64,000 nucleotides of DNA from Mobula hypostoma (Eukaryota): contig NC_086108.1 in assembly GCF_963921235.1 (NCBI RefSeq), positions 85,252,001-85,316,000 on the forward strand, in the 5' to 3' direction. Under the pieces are notes generated by a model. That model saw only the letters and a program-made list of their open reading frames with translations, did no database searches and was not told where the DNA came from. Position 1 is the stretch's first letter. Each line of letters opens with the position of its first letter. The position numbers and the translations under genes were made by a program. Of the stretch, positions 35,945 to 49,035 are shown piece after piece.

Positions 35945-36350
35945 TGTTTTAGAACCAAAGAGCCACTGACCACTACTGCACAGAAACAAGCCCTTCAGCC
36001 CATCTGGTCTATGCCAAATTATTATTCTGCTGTATCCCCATCGACCTGCACCTGGATCATAGCATTCCATGCTACTTTCATCCATGTACTGATACAAACT
36101 TTTTAAAGATGTTAGAATTGAACCCGCATCCACCATTCCTGCTAGATGCCAATTGTTCCACACTCTCACTGCCCTCTCACTGAGGAAATTCTCCCTCAGG
36201 TTAGCCTTAAACATTTCATCTTTCACCCTTAACCCATGAGCTCTAGTTCTAGTCTCACCCAACGTTAATGGAAAAAGACTGCTTGCATTTACTGTATCTA
36301 TACCTTTCATAATTTTGTACACATCTATCAAATTTCCCCTCATTCTCTTA
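35945..36350 (-). mobile_element. CR1 3' fragment
   Basis: RMRGNLIDVYKIMKGID...TRAHGLRV. Confidence 0.88.
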
Positions 36351-36374
36351 TGAGGACAGTAAAGCTTCACTCCC

Positions 36375-37740
36375 AAATGAGTTCAATGCCTCCTATGCTC
36401 TCTTTGACCATCAAAACATGGAGGACCTTTCATGAACTCCCACAGCTCTGATGATCCTAGGACTTCAGTCTCTGAGGCTGAAATGAGAGCATCCTTCAGG
36501 ATTTTGAACCCACAATAAGCACCTGGCCCAGATGCAGTTCTTGACCAAGTACTGAAGACCTGTGCTGATCAACTGGCTGGAGTGTTCACCAATGTCTTTA
36601 ACCTCTCGCTTTGGCAGTCTGAGGTACCCACTTGCTTCAAGTAGGCTTCGGTTATTACTGGTGTCGAAGAAGAACATGGTAACCTGCCTCGATAACTATC
36701 ATCTAGTAGCACTTACATCCACAGTGATGAAGTGCTTTGAGAGCTTGCCGATGAAACATATCAACTCCAGCTTGAGCAGTGATGGGATCTGCTCCAATTT
36801 GCCTCTGGGAGAAAGAGGTCTGTAACAGTTGCTGTTTTATTGGCTCTTCACTCAACCCTGGAACATCAGGATAGTGAAGATGCATACATCAGAATGCTCT
36901 TCATCGACTACAGCTTGGCGTTCAATATCATCATCCCTCAAAACTAATTAATAAGCTTCAAGAACATGACCTCAATACTTCCTTGTGCCACTTGATCCAT
37001 GATTTTCTCACTTGCAGACCCAGTTTGGATTGGCAACAACATCTCCCCCACAATCTCCCTCAGCACAGATGCACCACAAGGCTGTGTGCTTAGCCCCCAG
37101 CTCTGCTCATTTTATACTTATGACTGTGAGGTTAAGCACAGCTCCAATGCCATATTTAAGCATGCTGATGACACCATTGTCATTGGCCAAATCGAAGATG
37201 GCGACGAATCAGCATATGGGAAGAAGATTGAAAATCTGGCTGAGTGGTGCCACAGCAAAAACCTCTGACTCAATATCCACAAGACCTAGGAGCTGATTAT
37301 TGACCTCAGGTGTAGAAATGGGAGGTCCATGAGCCAGTCCTCATTGGAGGATTAGATGTGGGGAGGGTCAGCAACTTTGAATTCCTTGGTGTTATCATTT
37401 CTGAGGATCTGTCCTGGGTTCAGCACATAAGTGCAATTATGACTAAACTCTTTAGAAGTGTGGTGGAGAGTATATTGACTGGTTGGATGCAGCCTGGTAT
37501 AGGAACACGAATGCCCTTGAACGGAAAATCCTATAAAGAGTAGTGGATATCTAGTTTATCATGGGTAAATTGAGCATATTTACATGGAGTGCTGTTGCAG
37601 GCAAGCAGCGTCCATCATTAAGGACTCCCACCACCCAGGCCATGCTCTCTTCTCTCTGCTGCCGTCAGGGAGAAGATACGGGAGCCTCAGGAAACCACTC
37701 CACCAAGTTCAGGAGCAGTTTTACCTCAAGCATCAGGCTC
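36375..37740 (+). mobile_element. Rex1/Babar LINE, decayed
   Basis: VALTSTVMKCFE, APQGCVLSP, KHADD, FRSSFTSSIRLL. Confidence 0.9.
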
Positions 37741-37910
37741 CTGGTTTAAGATGGTGCTGGTGAAACACGATAGTGTCTTATGGCAGCAAACAAAACTACT
37801 AACTACTTTATTGATCATACTTTTTCTGGAAGATGATCACTGCAATCACTGGCCCGTAATTTCCCTTTCAGAGCTAAGCTTTTCGAAGTCTACCTTCAGT
37901 TTGGCGCTCA
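37741..37910 (+). mobile_element. 5' fragment of the YY1-headed element family
   Basis: Direct similarity to 22620-22790. Confidence 0.7.
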
Positions 37911-38744
37911 TCATTTTAAAAAGTAAACTCTTGAGTGGAAACATGGTGAGTACCTTGTGAAGATCCATTTTGATAATGTTTATTTAAAGTCCCTTTTCTT
38001 ACATTACTAGTACTTTCTTTTGAAAATTAAAGTAGACTATTATATCTGACTTCACTGTAAACTGATCTCTCTTATATTACAACTTTGATGACACTTCAAG
38101 TGCCTTTTTTGTGTATAAACAGTATTGGGTCATGCTGAGTTTGTGAAGCAGACTATTAAATTGCAAACTTTCTTTCTCTCTTTGTTCTTCTCTCTCTTCC
38201 TCCCCCCTCTCTCCCTCTTTCTCTCTCCATTTCATTTTCTTTCATTCTCATTTCACTCACTAGCTTACTCATGTGGTCCGACTGACAGACCACATTAGCT
38301 TAACAACAAGTGATGCTGAACCAGCATCATCACCTCAAGGCAATACTCATTCTTCTCTCTCTGTTTGTTTCTCTCGCTCTTTCTCCACTTTCAAATTTCT
38401 AACCTGATACTACCATTCTCAAGAGAAGAGAAATATTCTAAATGAATAATAAAACAAGAGTTGATTTAATAGAAAGACAAGTAAAGAAACAAGAGTGATT
38501 TTGCATCTGGTAATTTGATGGTTGTAATTGTAGGGTGGGAATTCCAATTGCAGCAGGCAAAGTTAGGAAATCAAATTATTGGAATGCAGTTCCCATTTCA
38601 CTCACATGTTCTGATCCCTGGTGTGACTTGAAAAGTCTTTTCCTGTCATATATCTTTCAGAAGAACATAGTAAGATGTGAATTAAGATCAGGAGTAGATC
38701 ACCTGACCCTGGGGGAATTGGCTGAAAAAGTGCAGCACAGGTAA

Positions 38745-39165
38745 ACAGTAAAGTGAAAGGTCAGCATGAGGTTGATGGTGAAGACAAAAGCCCATCTTAT
38801 AGTAAAAGAGGTCCGTTCAGGAGTTTTATAACAGTGAGATAAAATTTGTCCTTGAGCTTGGTGATACATGCTTTAAGGACTTTGTATCTTCTGCCTAATG
38901 GTAGAGAGGAGAAGAAAAAATGTTTGGGGAGGGTGAGGTTTTGATTACGCTGGCTGCTTCACTGGGGCAGCGAGAAACATAGGCAGAGAGGGGACGTTGG
39001 TTTCTATGATGTGCTGAGTTGTGTCCACGGCTTTCTGTGGTTTCTTGTGGTCACATGAAGAGCAGTTGCCATACCAAGCTGCAAGGCTGTTATTCACTAG
39101 ACAGAATGCTTTCTATGGTGCATTGATTAAAAATTGGAAAGAGTTGAGGGGACATGTCGACTTTC
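38745..39165 (-). mobile_element. Rex1/Babar-like 3' fragment, old
   Basis: gagcagttgccataccaagc...atgctttctatggtgcat antisense pattern. Confidence 0.6.
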
Positions 39166-40314
39166 TTCACCATAGTCCCCTTTTAACCTCCTGCTTACCA
39201 AGAATCTATCTATCTATTCTGGTCTTAAAACATTGAAGTACTCAACTTTCAGAACCACTTGAAGAAGAGAGTTCCAAAAACTACAATAGCAACCCTCCGA
39301 TTCATTACAAATCAATGATCTATGAGTCTGCCATCAATAGGATGCAGAAATAAGATGGTAGTACCGATGAATGAGTGGCTGAGGAACTGGTGCAGGGGGC
39401 AAGGTTTCAGATTTCTCGATCATTGGAATCTCTTCTGGGGAAGGTATGATCAGTACAAGAAGGATGGGTTACACCTGAATGGGAGGGGGAAACCAATATC
39501 TATGAGGGCAGGTTTGCTAGAACTGGTGAGGAAGGTCTAAACTAATTTGGCTGGAGGTGGTAGTGCAGAGGATAGGGCAGTTGGTATACAAGGCAATGCA
39601 GTGTGTAGTGAGATTGTGAAGGAGGACAGGCAGATATTAGGGCAAAATTGCAGTAGTGGGATGAGACGAAGTGTAACGTGGGTACAATTGAAAAGGATGA
39701 TGAAAAGGGTATATGATCTTCTAGTGCAATTAGAGATTGGCAGGTACAATGTTGTGGTCATCACTGAGTCATGGCTGAAAGAAGATCATAGTTGGCAGCT
39801 TAACATCCAAGGATACACCTTGTATCGAAAGGACAGGCTGGTAAGCAGAGGGGTGGGTGACTCTGTTGGTAAAAATATGAAATCAAATCTTTAGAAAGAA
39901 GTCACATAGAATCGGAAAATGTAGAATCCTTGTGGGCTGATTTAAAAAATTGCAAGGAGAAAAAGACCCTGATGGGAGTTATAGACTGGCCTCCAACCAA
40001 TAGCTAGGATATGGGATATAAATTACAAAAGCAGATCGAAAAGGTATGTGAAACAGGCAGTGTTACGGTAGTTATGGTGGATTTCATTATGCAGGTAGAT
40101 TTGGAAAATTAGGTTGGTGCTGGATCCCAAGTGGGGGAATTTGTAGAATGCATAGAAGATGACTTCTTAGAGCAGGTTACAATTGAGCCCACCAGAGGAA
40201 AGACAATTCTGGATTGGGTGGTGTGAAATGAACCACATTTGATTAGGGAGCTTAAGGTAAAGGATCCCTTAGGAGATAGTGATTATAATATGATAAAATT
40301 TGCCCTGCAGTTTG

Positions 40315-40640
40315 AGAGGCATTGATCGCATGGATAGTCAGAGGCTTTTTCCCAGGGCTGAAATGGTTAGCATGAGAGGGCACAGTTTTAAGGTGCTTGG
40401 AAGTAGGTACAGAGGAGATGTCAGGGGTAAGTATTTTATGCAGAGAGTGGTGAGTGCGTGGAATGGGCTGCCGGCAATGGTGGTGGAGGTGGATATGATA
40501 GGGTCTTTTAAGAAACTCCTGGATAGGTACATGGAGCTTAGAAAAATAGAGGGCTATGGGTAAACCTAGGTAATTTCTAAAGTAAGTACATGTTCGGCAC
40601 AGCATTGTGGGCCGAAGGGCGTTTAGGTTTTTCTTTGTTT
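40315..40640 (+). mobile_element. CR1 3' fragment
   Basis: GIDRMDSQRLFP...RGHSFKVLGS; same subfamily as 1448-1716. Confidence 0.88.
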
Positions 40641-41107
40641 ATAAATCAGATTTATCAGTATTACAGTGGAGTAAAGGGAATTAACTGAGAGAGGAGCTGG
40701 CCAAAGTTGATTGGAAGGGGACACTATCATGGATGGTGGCAGAACAGTTTCAGGGGGCAATTCAGAAAGGTCAGGGTAGATACATCCCAAAGAAGAGGAA
40801 ATGTTCTAAAGGCAGGATGATGTAATCATGGCTGACAAGGGAAGTCAAAGACAGCATTGAAGGAAAAGAGAGGACATATAATATAGCAAAAATTCGTCAA
40901 AAGTGAGAGGATCGGGAATCTTTTACAAACTACCTGAAGGCAACTAAAAAAGCCATAAGGAAAGAAAAGGTGAAGTATGAAAGTAAACTAGTCAAAGGAT
41001 ACCAAAAGTTTTTTTTAGATATATAAAGAGTAAAAGAGAGGCAAGAGTGGATGTCAGACTGCTGGAAAATGATGCTGGAGATGCAGTAATATGGGACAGG
41101 AAAAGGA

Positions 41108-41610
41108 AGACAGGACACAAGACACAAGACACAAGATAAGAGAGCAGAAGTAGGCCATTCGGCCCATCGAGTCTGCTCCGCCACTCCACCATGAGCTAAA
41201 CTATTCTCCCATCTAGTTCCAATTTCTGGCTTTTTCCCCATATCCCTTGATACCCTGACTAATTAGATACCTATCAATCTCCTCCTTAAACACCCTCAAT
41301 GATCAGGCCTCCACAGCTGTATGTGACAACGAATTCCATAAATCCACGACCTTCTGGCTAAAAAAAATTTTCCTCATCTCTGTTTTAAATGGGTACCCTC
41401 TAATTCTAAGACTGTGGCCTCTTGTCCTGGACTCACCCACCAAGGGAAACAGCCTTTCGACATCTACTCTGTCCAACCCTTTCAACATTCGAAATGTTTC
41501 TATGAGATCTCCTCTCATTCTTCTGTCGTCTAATGAATACAGTCTAAGAGCCGACAAACGCTCCTCATAGGTTGGCCTCTGCATTCCAGGAATCATCCTA
41601 GTATATCTAC
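41108..41610 (-). mobile_element. CR1 3' fragment with (TCTTGTG)n tail
   Basis: MIPGMQRPTYEERL...TRGHSLRI. Confidence 0.9.
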
Positions 41611-41622
41611 TTAATGTATATT

Positions 41623-44055
41623 ACATAAGAATATAAGAAATAGGAGCAGGAGTAGGCCATCTGGCCCATCGAGCCTGTCCCGCTGTTCAATAAGATCATG
41701 GCTGATCTGTCCGTAAACTCAGCTGCATCTACCTGCCTTTTCCCCATAACCCTTAATTCCCTTACTATGTAAAAACCTATCTAACTGTATCTTAAATATA
41801 TTTAGTGAAGAAGCCTCAACTGATTCCCTGGGCAGAGAATTCCCAGATTCACCACTCTCTGGGAAAAACAGTTTCTCCTCATATCAGTCCTAAATCTTGA
41901 GTCAATGTCCCCTAGTTCTAGTCTCACCTACCAATGGAAACAATTTTACTACTTCTATCTTATTTATCCCTTTCAAAATTTTGTATGTTTCTATAAGATC
42001 CCCTCTCATTCTTCTGAATTCCAGAGAGTATAGTCCCAGGCGACTCAATCTCTCCCCATAGTTTAACCCCTTCATCTCTGGAATCATCCTGGTGAACCTC
42101 CTCTGCACTGCCTCCAAAGCCAGTATATCCTTCCTCAAGTATGGAGACCAGAACTGCACACAGTACTCCAGGTGCGGCCTCACCAGTACCCTGCATAGTT
42201 GCAGCATGACCTCTCTGCTCTTGAATTCAATCCCTCTAGCAATGAAGGCCAGCATTCCATTTGCCTTCTTAATAACCTGTTGTACTACAAGCCAACTTTT
42301 TGAAATTAATGCACCAGTACCCCCAAGTCCCTCTGCACAACAGCATGCTGCAATCTTTCACCATTTAAATACTAATCTGCTCCTCTATTATTCCTTCCAA
42401 AGTGGATGATCTCACAGTTACTAATGTTGTATTCCATCTGCCAGACCTTGACCCACCCACTTAACCTATCTGTATCCCTCTGCAGACTCTCCAAATCCTT
42501 TGTACAATTTGCAACGTTTAGACTCAGTTTAGTGTCATCAGCAAATTTTGCTACGCTACACTCAGTCCCCTCTTCCAAATCATCATTGCAAATGGTAAAC
42601 AGCTGCGGGCCCAGCACCGACCCCTGCGGCACCCCACTCACCACTGACTGCCAACCGGAGAAACACCCATTTATACCAACTCTCTGTCTTCTATTGGTTA
42701 ACCAATCCGCTGTCCATGCCAATACACTTCCTCCGACTCCATGCATCTGTGTCTTATTTATAAGTCTCTTGTGCGGCACCTTATCGAACGCCTTCCGGAA
42801 ATCCAAGTATGCGACATCCTCCTGTTCCCCTCTATCCACTGCACTCATTATGTCCTCAAGGAACTCCAGTAAGTTTGTCAAACAGGACCTGCCCTTTCTG
42901 AATCCATGCTGCATCTGTCTAATGGAACCACTCCTTTCTAAATGTTTCACTATTTCTTCCTTAATGACAGCTTCAAGCATTTTCCCAACTACAGATGCTA
43001 AGCTAACTGGCCTACATCCTTTTTAAAAAACTGACGTGACACTTGCTGTCTTCCAACCTGCCACCAACTGCCCAGAGTCTAGAGAATTTTGGTAAATGTT
43101 TACCAACGCATCTACTATAACCTCCGCCAATTCCCTGAGGACCCTAGGATGCATCCCATCAGGACCAGGGGACTTATCTACCTTCAAGTCCTCTAGTTTT
43201 CTCATCACTATCTCTTTAGTGACAGTGATTTTATCGAGGTCCTCACCTCCCATTTCATCCATAACATTATTCTTTGGCATATTAGACGTGTCCTCCACTG
43301 TGAAGACCGACACAAAATAGTTGTTCAATGCCTCAGCCATTTCCTATCACCCAATATCAATTTCCCCTTTTTGTCTTCCAAGGGACCTACATTGACTTTA
43401 GCTACTGTCTTCCGCTTTATATATTTATAAACTTTTGCTATCTGTTTTTATATTTTGTGCTAATTTACTTTCATACACTGTCTTCCCTTTCCTTATATCT
43501 TGTTTAGTTGTTCTTTGTTGCTTTTTAAAGTTTTCCCAGTCCTCCAGTCTCCCACTACTCTTTGTGACTTTGTACACATGAGATTTTAATTTGATACTAT
43601 CTTTTATTTCCTTAGTTATCCAAGGCTGGCTCTCCCCACATTTACTGTGCTTACGTCCGACTGGAATATACTTTTGTTGAGCACTGTGAAAAATCTCTTT
43701 GAAAGTATTCCACTGTTCCTCAACTGTCCTACCAAATTGCCTGTGCACCCAATCCATGTTAGCCAACTCCTCCCTCATCCTGTTGTAGTCTCCCTTGTTC
43801 AAGCATAATACACTAGTTTTAGATCTATTTCATCCTTTATCTGTATGTGAAATTCAATTATTCTATGATCACTCTTTCCAAGAGGATCCCTGACTACAAG
43901 ATCATTAATCTTACCTGTCACATTGCACTGGACTAGATCTAAGATAGCATTTTCCCTTGTAGTTTAACTAACATGCTGCTCAAGAAAGCCATCACGGATG
44001 CATTCTATGAAGTCCTCCTCAAGACTGCCTTGACCAACCTGATTCACCCAATCTA
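41623..44055 (-). mobile_element. CR1 LINE, 5'-truncated (end of endonuclease through RT)
   Basis: ORF pieces 43425-43802, 43023-43340, 42372-42980 (KFADD), 41902-42255. Confidence 0.93.
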
Positions 44056-44997
44056 TATTGCATGTCTTCATTTTGGAACACACCAGCAGTATGCCAGAAA
44101 CTTGAGAGTGTCAGGGAGCAGAAGTGAGTGTAGTTGCTATTACTAAGGAGAAGGTGCTTGGGAAGCTGATTGGTCTGAAGGTAGATAAATCACCTGGACC
44201 AGATCAACTACATCCCAGAGTTCTGAAAGAGGTGGCTGAAGAGAATGTGGAGGCATTAATAATGAGCTTTCAAGAAACCCTACGTTCTGGAATTGAATCA
44301 GAGGATTGGAAAATTGCAAATGTCACTCCCCTCTTTAAAAAGGAAGGGAGGCAGAAAAAAGGAAATTATTGGTAATTTAGCCTGACTTTAGTGGTTGGGA
44401 AGATGTTAAGGAGAGGTTTTGGGGAAATCTCACCTGACAAATCTGTTGGAATTAATTGAGGAAATAGCAGGCAGGATAGGCAAAGGAGAGTCGGTGGATG
44501 TTGTTTACTTGGATTTTCAGAAGGCCTTTGACAAGGTGCTGCACATGAGACTGCTTAACAAGGTAAGAACTCATGTTATTACAGGAAAGATCGTGGCATG
44601 GACAGAAGATTACCTGACTGGCAGGAAACAATAAGTGGGAAAAAAAGGGACCTAATTGTGGTTGGTTGCTCGTGACTAGAGGTGTTCCACAGGGATTGGT
44701 ACTGGGACTGCTACTTTTCACATTTTATGTCAGTGGTTTGGAAAATGGAATTGATGATTTTGTGGCCAAGTTTGGAGACAGTGCAAAGATGGGTAAAGGG
44801 GCAGGTATTGTTGAGGAAGCAGTGAGTCTGAAGAAGGACTCAGATTGGGAGAATGGACAAAAAAAGCGTAGATGGATTATAGAGTAGGGAAGTGTATGGT
44901 CATGCACTTAGGTAGAAAGAGTAAAGGCATAGACTATTTTCTAAACAGGGAGAACATTCAAAAATCAGAGATGCAAGGGGAATCGGGAGTCTTGTGC

Positions 44998-46021
44998 AGA
45001 ATGGCAGGCAGTGACTAGTGGGGTACCGCAAGGCTCAGTGCTGGGACCCCAGTTGTTTACAATATATATTAATGACATGGATGAGGGAATTAAATGCAGC
45101 ATCTCAAGTTTGCGGATGACACGAAGCTGGGCGGCAGTGTTAGCTGTGAGGAGGATGCTAAGAGGATGCAGGGTGACTTGGATAGGTTCATGGCAGATGC
45201 AATTTAATGTGGATAAATGTGAAGTTATCCACTTTGGTGGCAAAAACAGGAAAACAGATTATTATCTGAATGGTGGCCGATTAGGAAAAGGGGAGGTGCA
45301 GCGAGACCTGGGTGTCATTATACACCAGTCATTGAAGGTGGGCATGCAGGTACAGCAGGCGGTGAAAAAGGCGAATGGTATGCTGGCATTTATAGCAAGA
45401 GGATTCGAGTACAGGAGCAGGGAAGTACTACTGCAGTTGTACAAGGCCTTGGTGAGACCACACCTGGAGTATTGTGTGCAGTTTTGGTTCCCTAATCTGA
45501 GGAAAGACATCCTTGCCATAGAGGGAGTACAAAGAAGGTTCACCATATTGATTCCTGGGATGGCAGGACTTTCATATGATGAAAGACTGGATGAACTAGG
45601 CTTATACTCGTTGGAATTTAGAAGATTGAGGGGGGATCTGATTGAAACATATAAAATCCTAAAGGGATTGGACAGGCTAGATGCAGGAAGATTGTTCCCA
45701 ATGTTGGGGAAGTCCAGAATGAGGGGTCACAGTTTGAGGATAAAGGGGAAGCCTTTTAGGACCGAGATTAGGAAAAACTTCTTCACACAGAGAGTGGTGA
45801 ATCTGTGGAATTCTCTGCCACAGGAAACAGTTGAGGCCAGTTCATTTGCTATATTTAAGAGGGAGTTAGATATGGCCCTTGTGGCTAAAGGGATCGGGGG
45901 TATGGAGGGAAGGCTGGTGCAGGGTTCTGAGTTGGATGATCAGCCATGATCATACTGAATGGCAGTGCAGGCTCGAAGGGCTGAATGGACTACTCCTGCA
46001 CCTATTTCCTATGTTTCTATG
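44998..46021 (+). mobile_element. Young CR1 3' fragment
   Basis: 312-aa ORF; highly similar to 59977-60470; cctatgtttctatg tail. Confidence 0.93.
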
Positions 46022-46796
46022 ATTCCCTAAAGGTTAACTTGTAGGTTGAGTTGTTCATAAGGAAAGCAAATGCTATGTTTCATTTCTCGGGGATTAGAAA
46101 ATAAGAACAAGATTGAGGCTTTATAAGACATTGATCAGACCGCATTTGGAGTATTGTGAGAAGTTTTGGGTCCCTTATTTAAGAAAAGATGTGTTGGCTT
46201 TGGAGAAGGCCCAGTGGAATTTCATTAAGATGATCTGAGAATGAAAGGATTAATATATAAGGAGCATGTGATGGCTCTGGGTGTGTACTCACTAGATTTT
46301 AGAAGAATGAAGGGGATATCACTGAAAGCTATCCAAATTTGAAAGGCCTAGGTAGAATAAATGCTGAGTGAATGTTTCCTATAGTGAGTGACTCTAGGAC
46401 CAGAGGGCACAGGCTCAGAATACAAAGACATCCCTTTAGAACAGAGATGAAGAGGAATTTCGTTAGCCAGAATGTGGTGAATATATGGAAATCATTTACA
46501 CCGATGGCTGTGGAGGCCAAGTCATTGGGTATATTTAAAGTGGAAGCTGATAGGTTCTTGATGAGTCAGGGCCTCTAAGTTGCCGGGAGAAGGCAGGAGA
46601 GTTGGGGGGTGAGAGGGATAATAAATCAGTCATGATAGAATGATGGAGAAGGCTCAATGGGCCGAATGGCCTAATTCTGCTCCTATGACTTATGGTCTTA
46701 CGATCTTAATCAGCACATCTCAGCAATGTCTTGGAAAATCCTGTATAGCTTCTTGCCTCAGGAGACATATTAAACCAGTTGATTACAGGTGGGCAA

Positions 46797-46986
46797 CACA
46801 CACAAAATGCTGGAGGAACTCAGCAGGCCAGGCAGCATACATAGCATCTATGGTCCTGCCAAAGGGTTTTGACTTTAAATGTCAATTGTACTTTTTTTCG
46901 GTAAGTGCTGCCTGGCCTGCTGAGTTCCTCCAGCATTTTGTGTGTGTTGCTTGGATTTCCAGCATCTTCAGATTTTCTCTTGTTTG
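46797..46986 (+). mobile_element. Penelope-derived fold-back element
   Basis: Perfect 45-bp inverted arms 46793-46837 / 46906-46950; TSD tgattacaggtgggcaa 46780-46796 / tgattacagatgggcaa 46987-47003. Confidence 0.85.
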
Positions 46987-47374
46987 TGATTACAGATGGG
47001 CAAGGCAGGATGAGAGCAGATTATTGTATGTTTCATGTATGTACTCACATTGCAACATGGTACTGGGCATTATATACAATGCAGTCAGCCGCCCACGGAA
47101 AATCTGTAATAAGACTATGTGAGGGAGGACTGCAGGCTACTTTCCAGATATAAGTAGTAGCAATAAGCTGTGAGCAAAAATAATTTTGACATTACCCATT
47201 ATAGCTTTTGTGTTGTGGGTTGTGGGGAAATAGTACTGGGCTGTAATTCACCAGTATCCATGGGTTCATCATATGCATTGGACTGGGTGGGCTACATTCA
47301 GTTGTGGCAGCAGAAGGTGTCATCAGATTCAACTGGGATGGAGCTAGTGCTGTAGTTGGGGCAGTGGCTGTGGA

Positions 47375-47560
47375 GGGCAAGTCATTGGGTATATTTAAGG
47401 TAGAGCCTGATAGATTCTTGGTTAGTCAGGGCATGAAGGAAATGGGGAGAAGGTAGGAGATTGGGGCTGAGAGGGGAAATGGATCAGGCATGATGAAATG
47501 GCGGAGCAGACTCCATGGGCCAAATGGCATATTCTGCTCCTATAACTCATGGTCTTATGG
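47375..47560 (+). mobile_element. CR1 3' end fragment
   Basis: gtcattgggtatatttaagg...gctcctataactcatggtcttatg. Confidence 0.85.
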
Positions 47561-48479
47561 ATTGAAGGGGACTGCCAGCACTAGGAAGTGGCGTAGAGTC
47601 AGAAGTGGAGAACTAAAAGCCAACCTACCTATTGGAGGTTTCAAGCGCTGGAGATCCTGCCAAAGGACCAGCTTTGTCTGGTCTGCTTTAACTTGCTCCA
47701 AACCTAGCCTTAGTTGTCATAAGAAGACTGCTTCTACATTAACAGCTCATGCAGTTTGTGGGCTAAGTTTGCACAACTAAATCTAACATGGGCAATATCA
47801 AAATTGCTGTTGCTCACAGTTTGATGCTGTGGCATATAACAAGAATTTGACCTGTTCGTGCAATTGTGTCTAAGGCACAGAAGATCCAGAACAGAAATGA
47901 TGCTCTATGAGAGCCATGCAGTGAACTCCCAGTTATGTTTTTGATTCAACTAGCGTCATATAGAGCACAAAGATGTTCTGCAATACGAAGTAATTTCTAG
48001 CCCTTTTTAAAAATTTGGCTTTGAGATTTTTTGCCTTGTTTATTTGAAAGTGGTGTATTGGTAGAAGTTGATTAAGACAGCTGAAACGATGTTGCAGAAA
48101 TAGCAGAATTTCTAATTAGTCTCAATACATCACCTCTGAGCAGCCCAATTTAAAATAACTGAATTTACTTGTACAAATTATTGTTATGTTGGGGTACATG
48201 GCTTCTTAGAAAAATGAAATGATGAATTACATGAAGGAGAACATAAAATTTCAGTGGTTTATGAAATTTTCGAGTTTCAGTGATTAAAAATATCAATTTA
48301 ATTGTTGGAACCTTATTGAGTTCAAGCATAATCACTCTTTATCGTGGCCAATTCACTCTAAGGGCTCAGCCAGTTTTATTGGGTGTATTTTTAAACTAGC
48401 AAAAAGATCACTGGATATGAGCTTTTTTTTCTCTGTTCTCTTTCTTCTCTTCCCATTTAGAACAGCTGATTTCAACAAG

Positions 48480-48755
48480 CCTTTTTCATCCTCCCTCAGT
48501 AAGCACAACCGCTTCATATGTCATTCACCTTCTTTTGTCTTCCACACTGCCACAGATATTCTTTCTGTTCTCACCATCTTTTCCTTTCTTTTTGATTTCA
48601 ACAAGTTCAGTGTCCAACTTTTCAAAGTTCTAATAGGTAATAGGCTAACTCTTCAGGCTGATAGATAATCAACCTGAAATGTTAACTCTTGATCTTTCTC
48701 TACGGATGCTGCCTGATCTGCTGACTATATCTAACATTCCCTGATTTTATTACAC
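48480..48755 (+). mobile_element. Old Penelope-type terminal repeat remnant
   Basis: acctgaaatgttaactct...ggatgctgcctgatctgctga. Confidence 0.5.
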
Positions 48756-48879
48756 CAGATCTTGTGTTAATGCTGTTTCCAAATTTCGTTTAATACTCTG
48801 CAATCTTTTGTGCCAGTTGTGCCAATTTTCATTGAAAGGAAGCTAACAGGAAATCCAGAGAATAGTTTGGTAATTTGTA

Positions 48880-49035
48880 AATGTTGTAGAAACCCAACTG
48901 GCTCCCACAGGGAAGGCAGTTCAAAGAACCTGCCAGCTCTAATTGGTCTGGCTGACATGTTTCATAACTACATGGTTGACTCTTAATGCCCTCAGGGCAA
49001 TCACAGATGTTGTTTTCCCAATATTAGCCATGCTC
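48880..49035 (+). mobile_element. Ancient SINE remnant (SacSINE-like 3' half)
   Basis: aaacccaactgg...agggaagg...ggtctggctgacatg...tggttgactcttaatgccctc. Confidence 0.45.

Larger units (their letters stand above)
39325..46700 (+). mobile_element. CR1 LINE (end of ORF1 to 3' tail) interrupted by four other CR1 insertions
   Basis: GFRFLDHW...DGLHLN; VVITESWL; KSPGPD; DFQKAFDK; GVPQG; pieces 39325-40314, 40641-41107, 44056-44997, 46022-46700. Confidence 0.88.
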
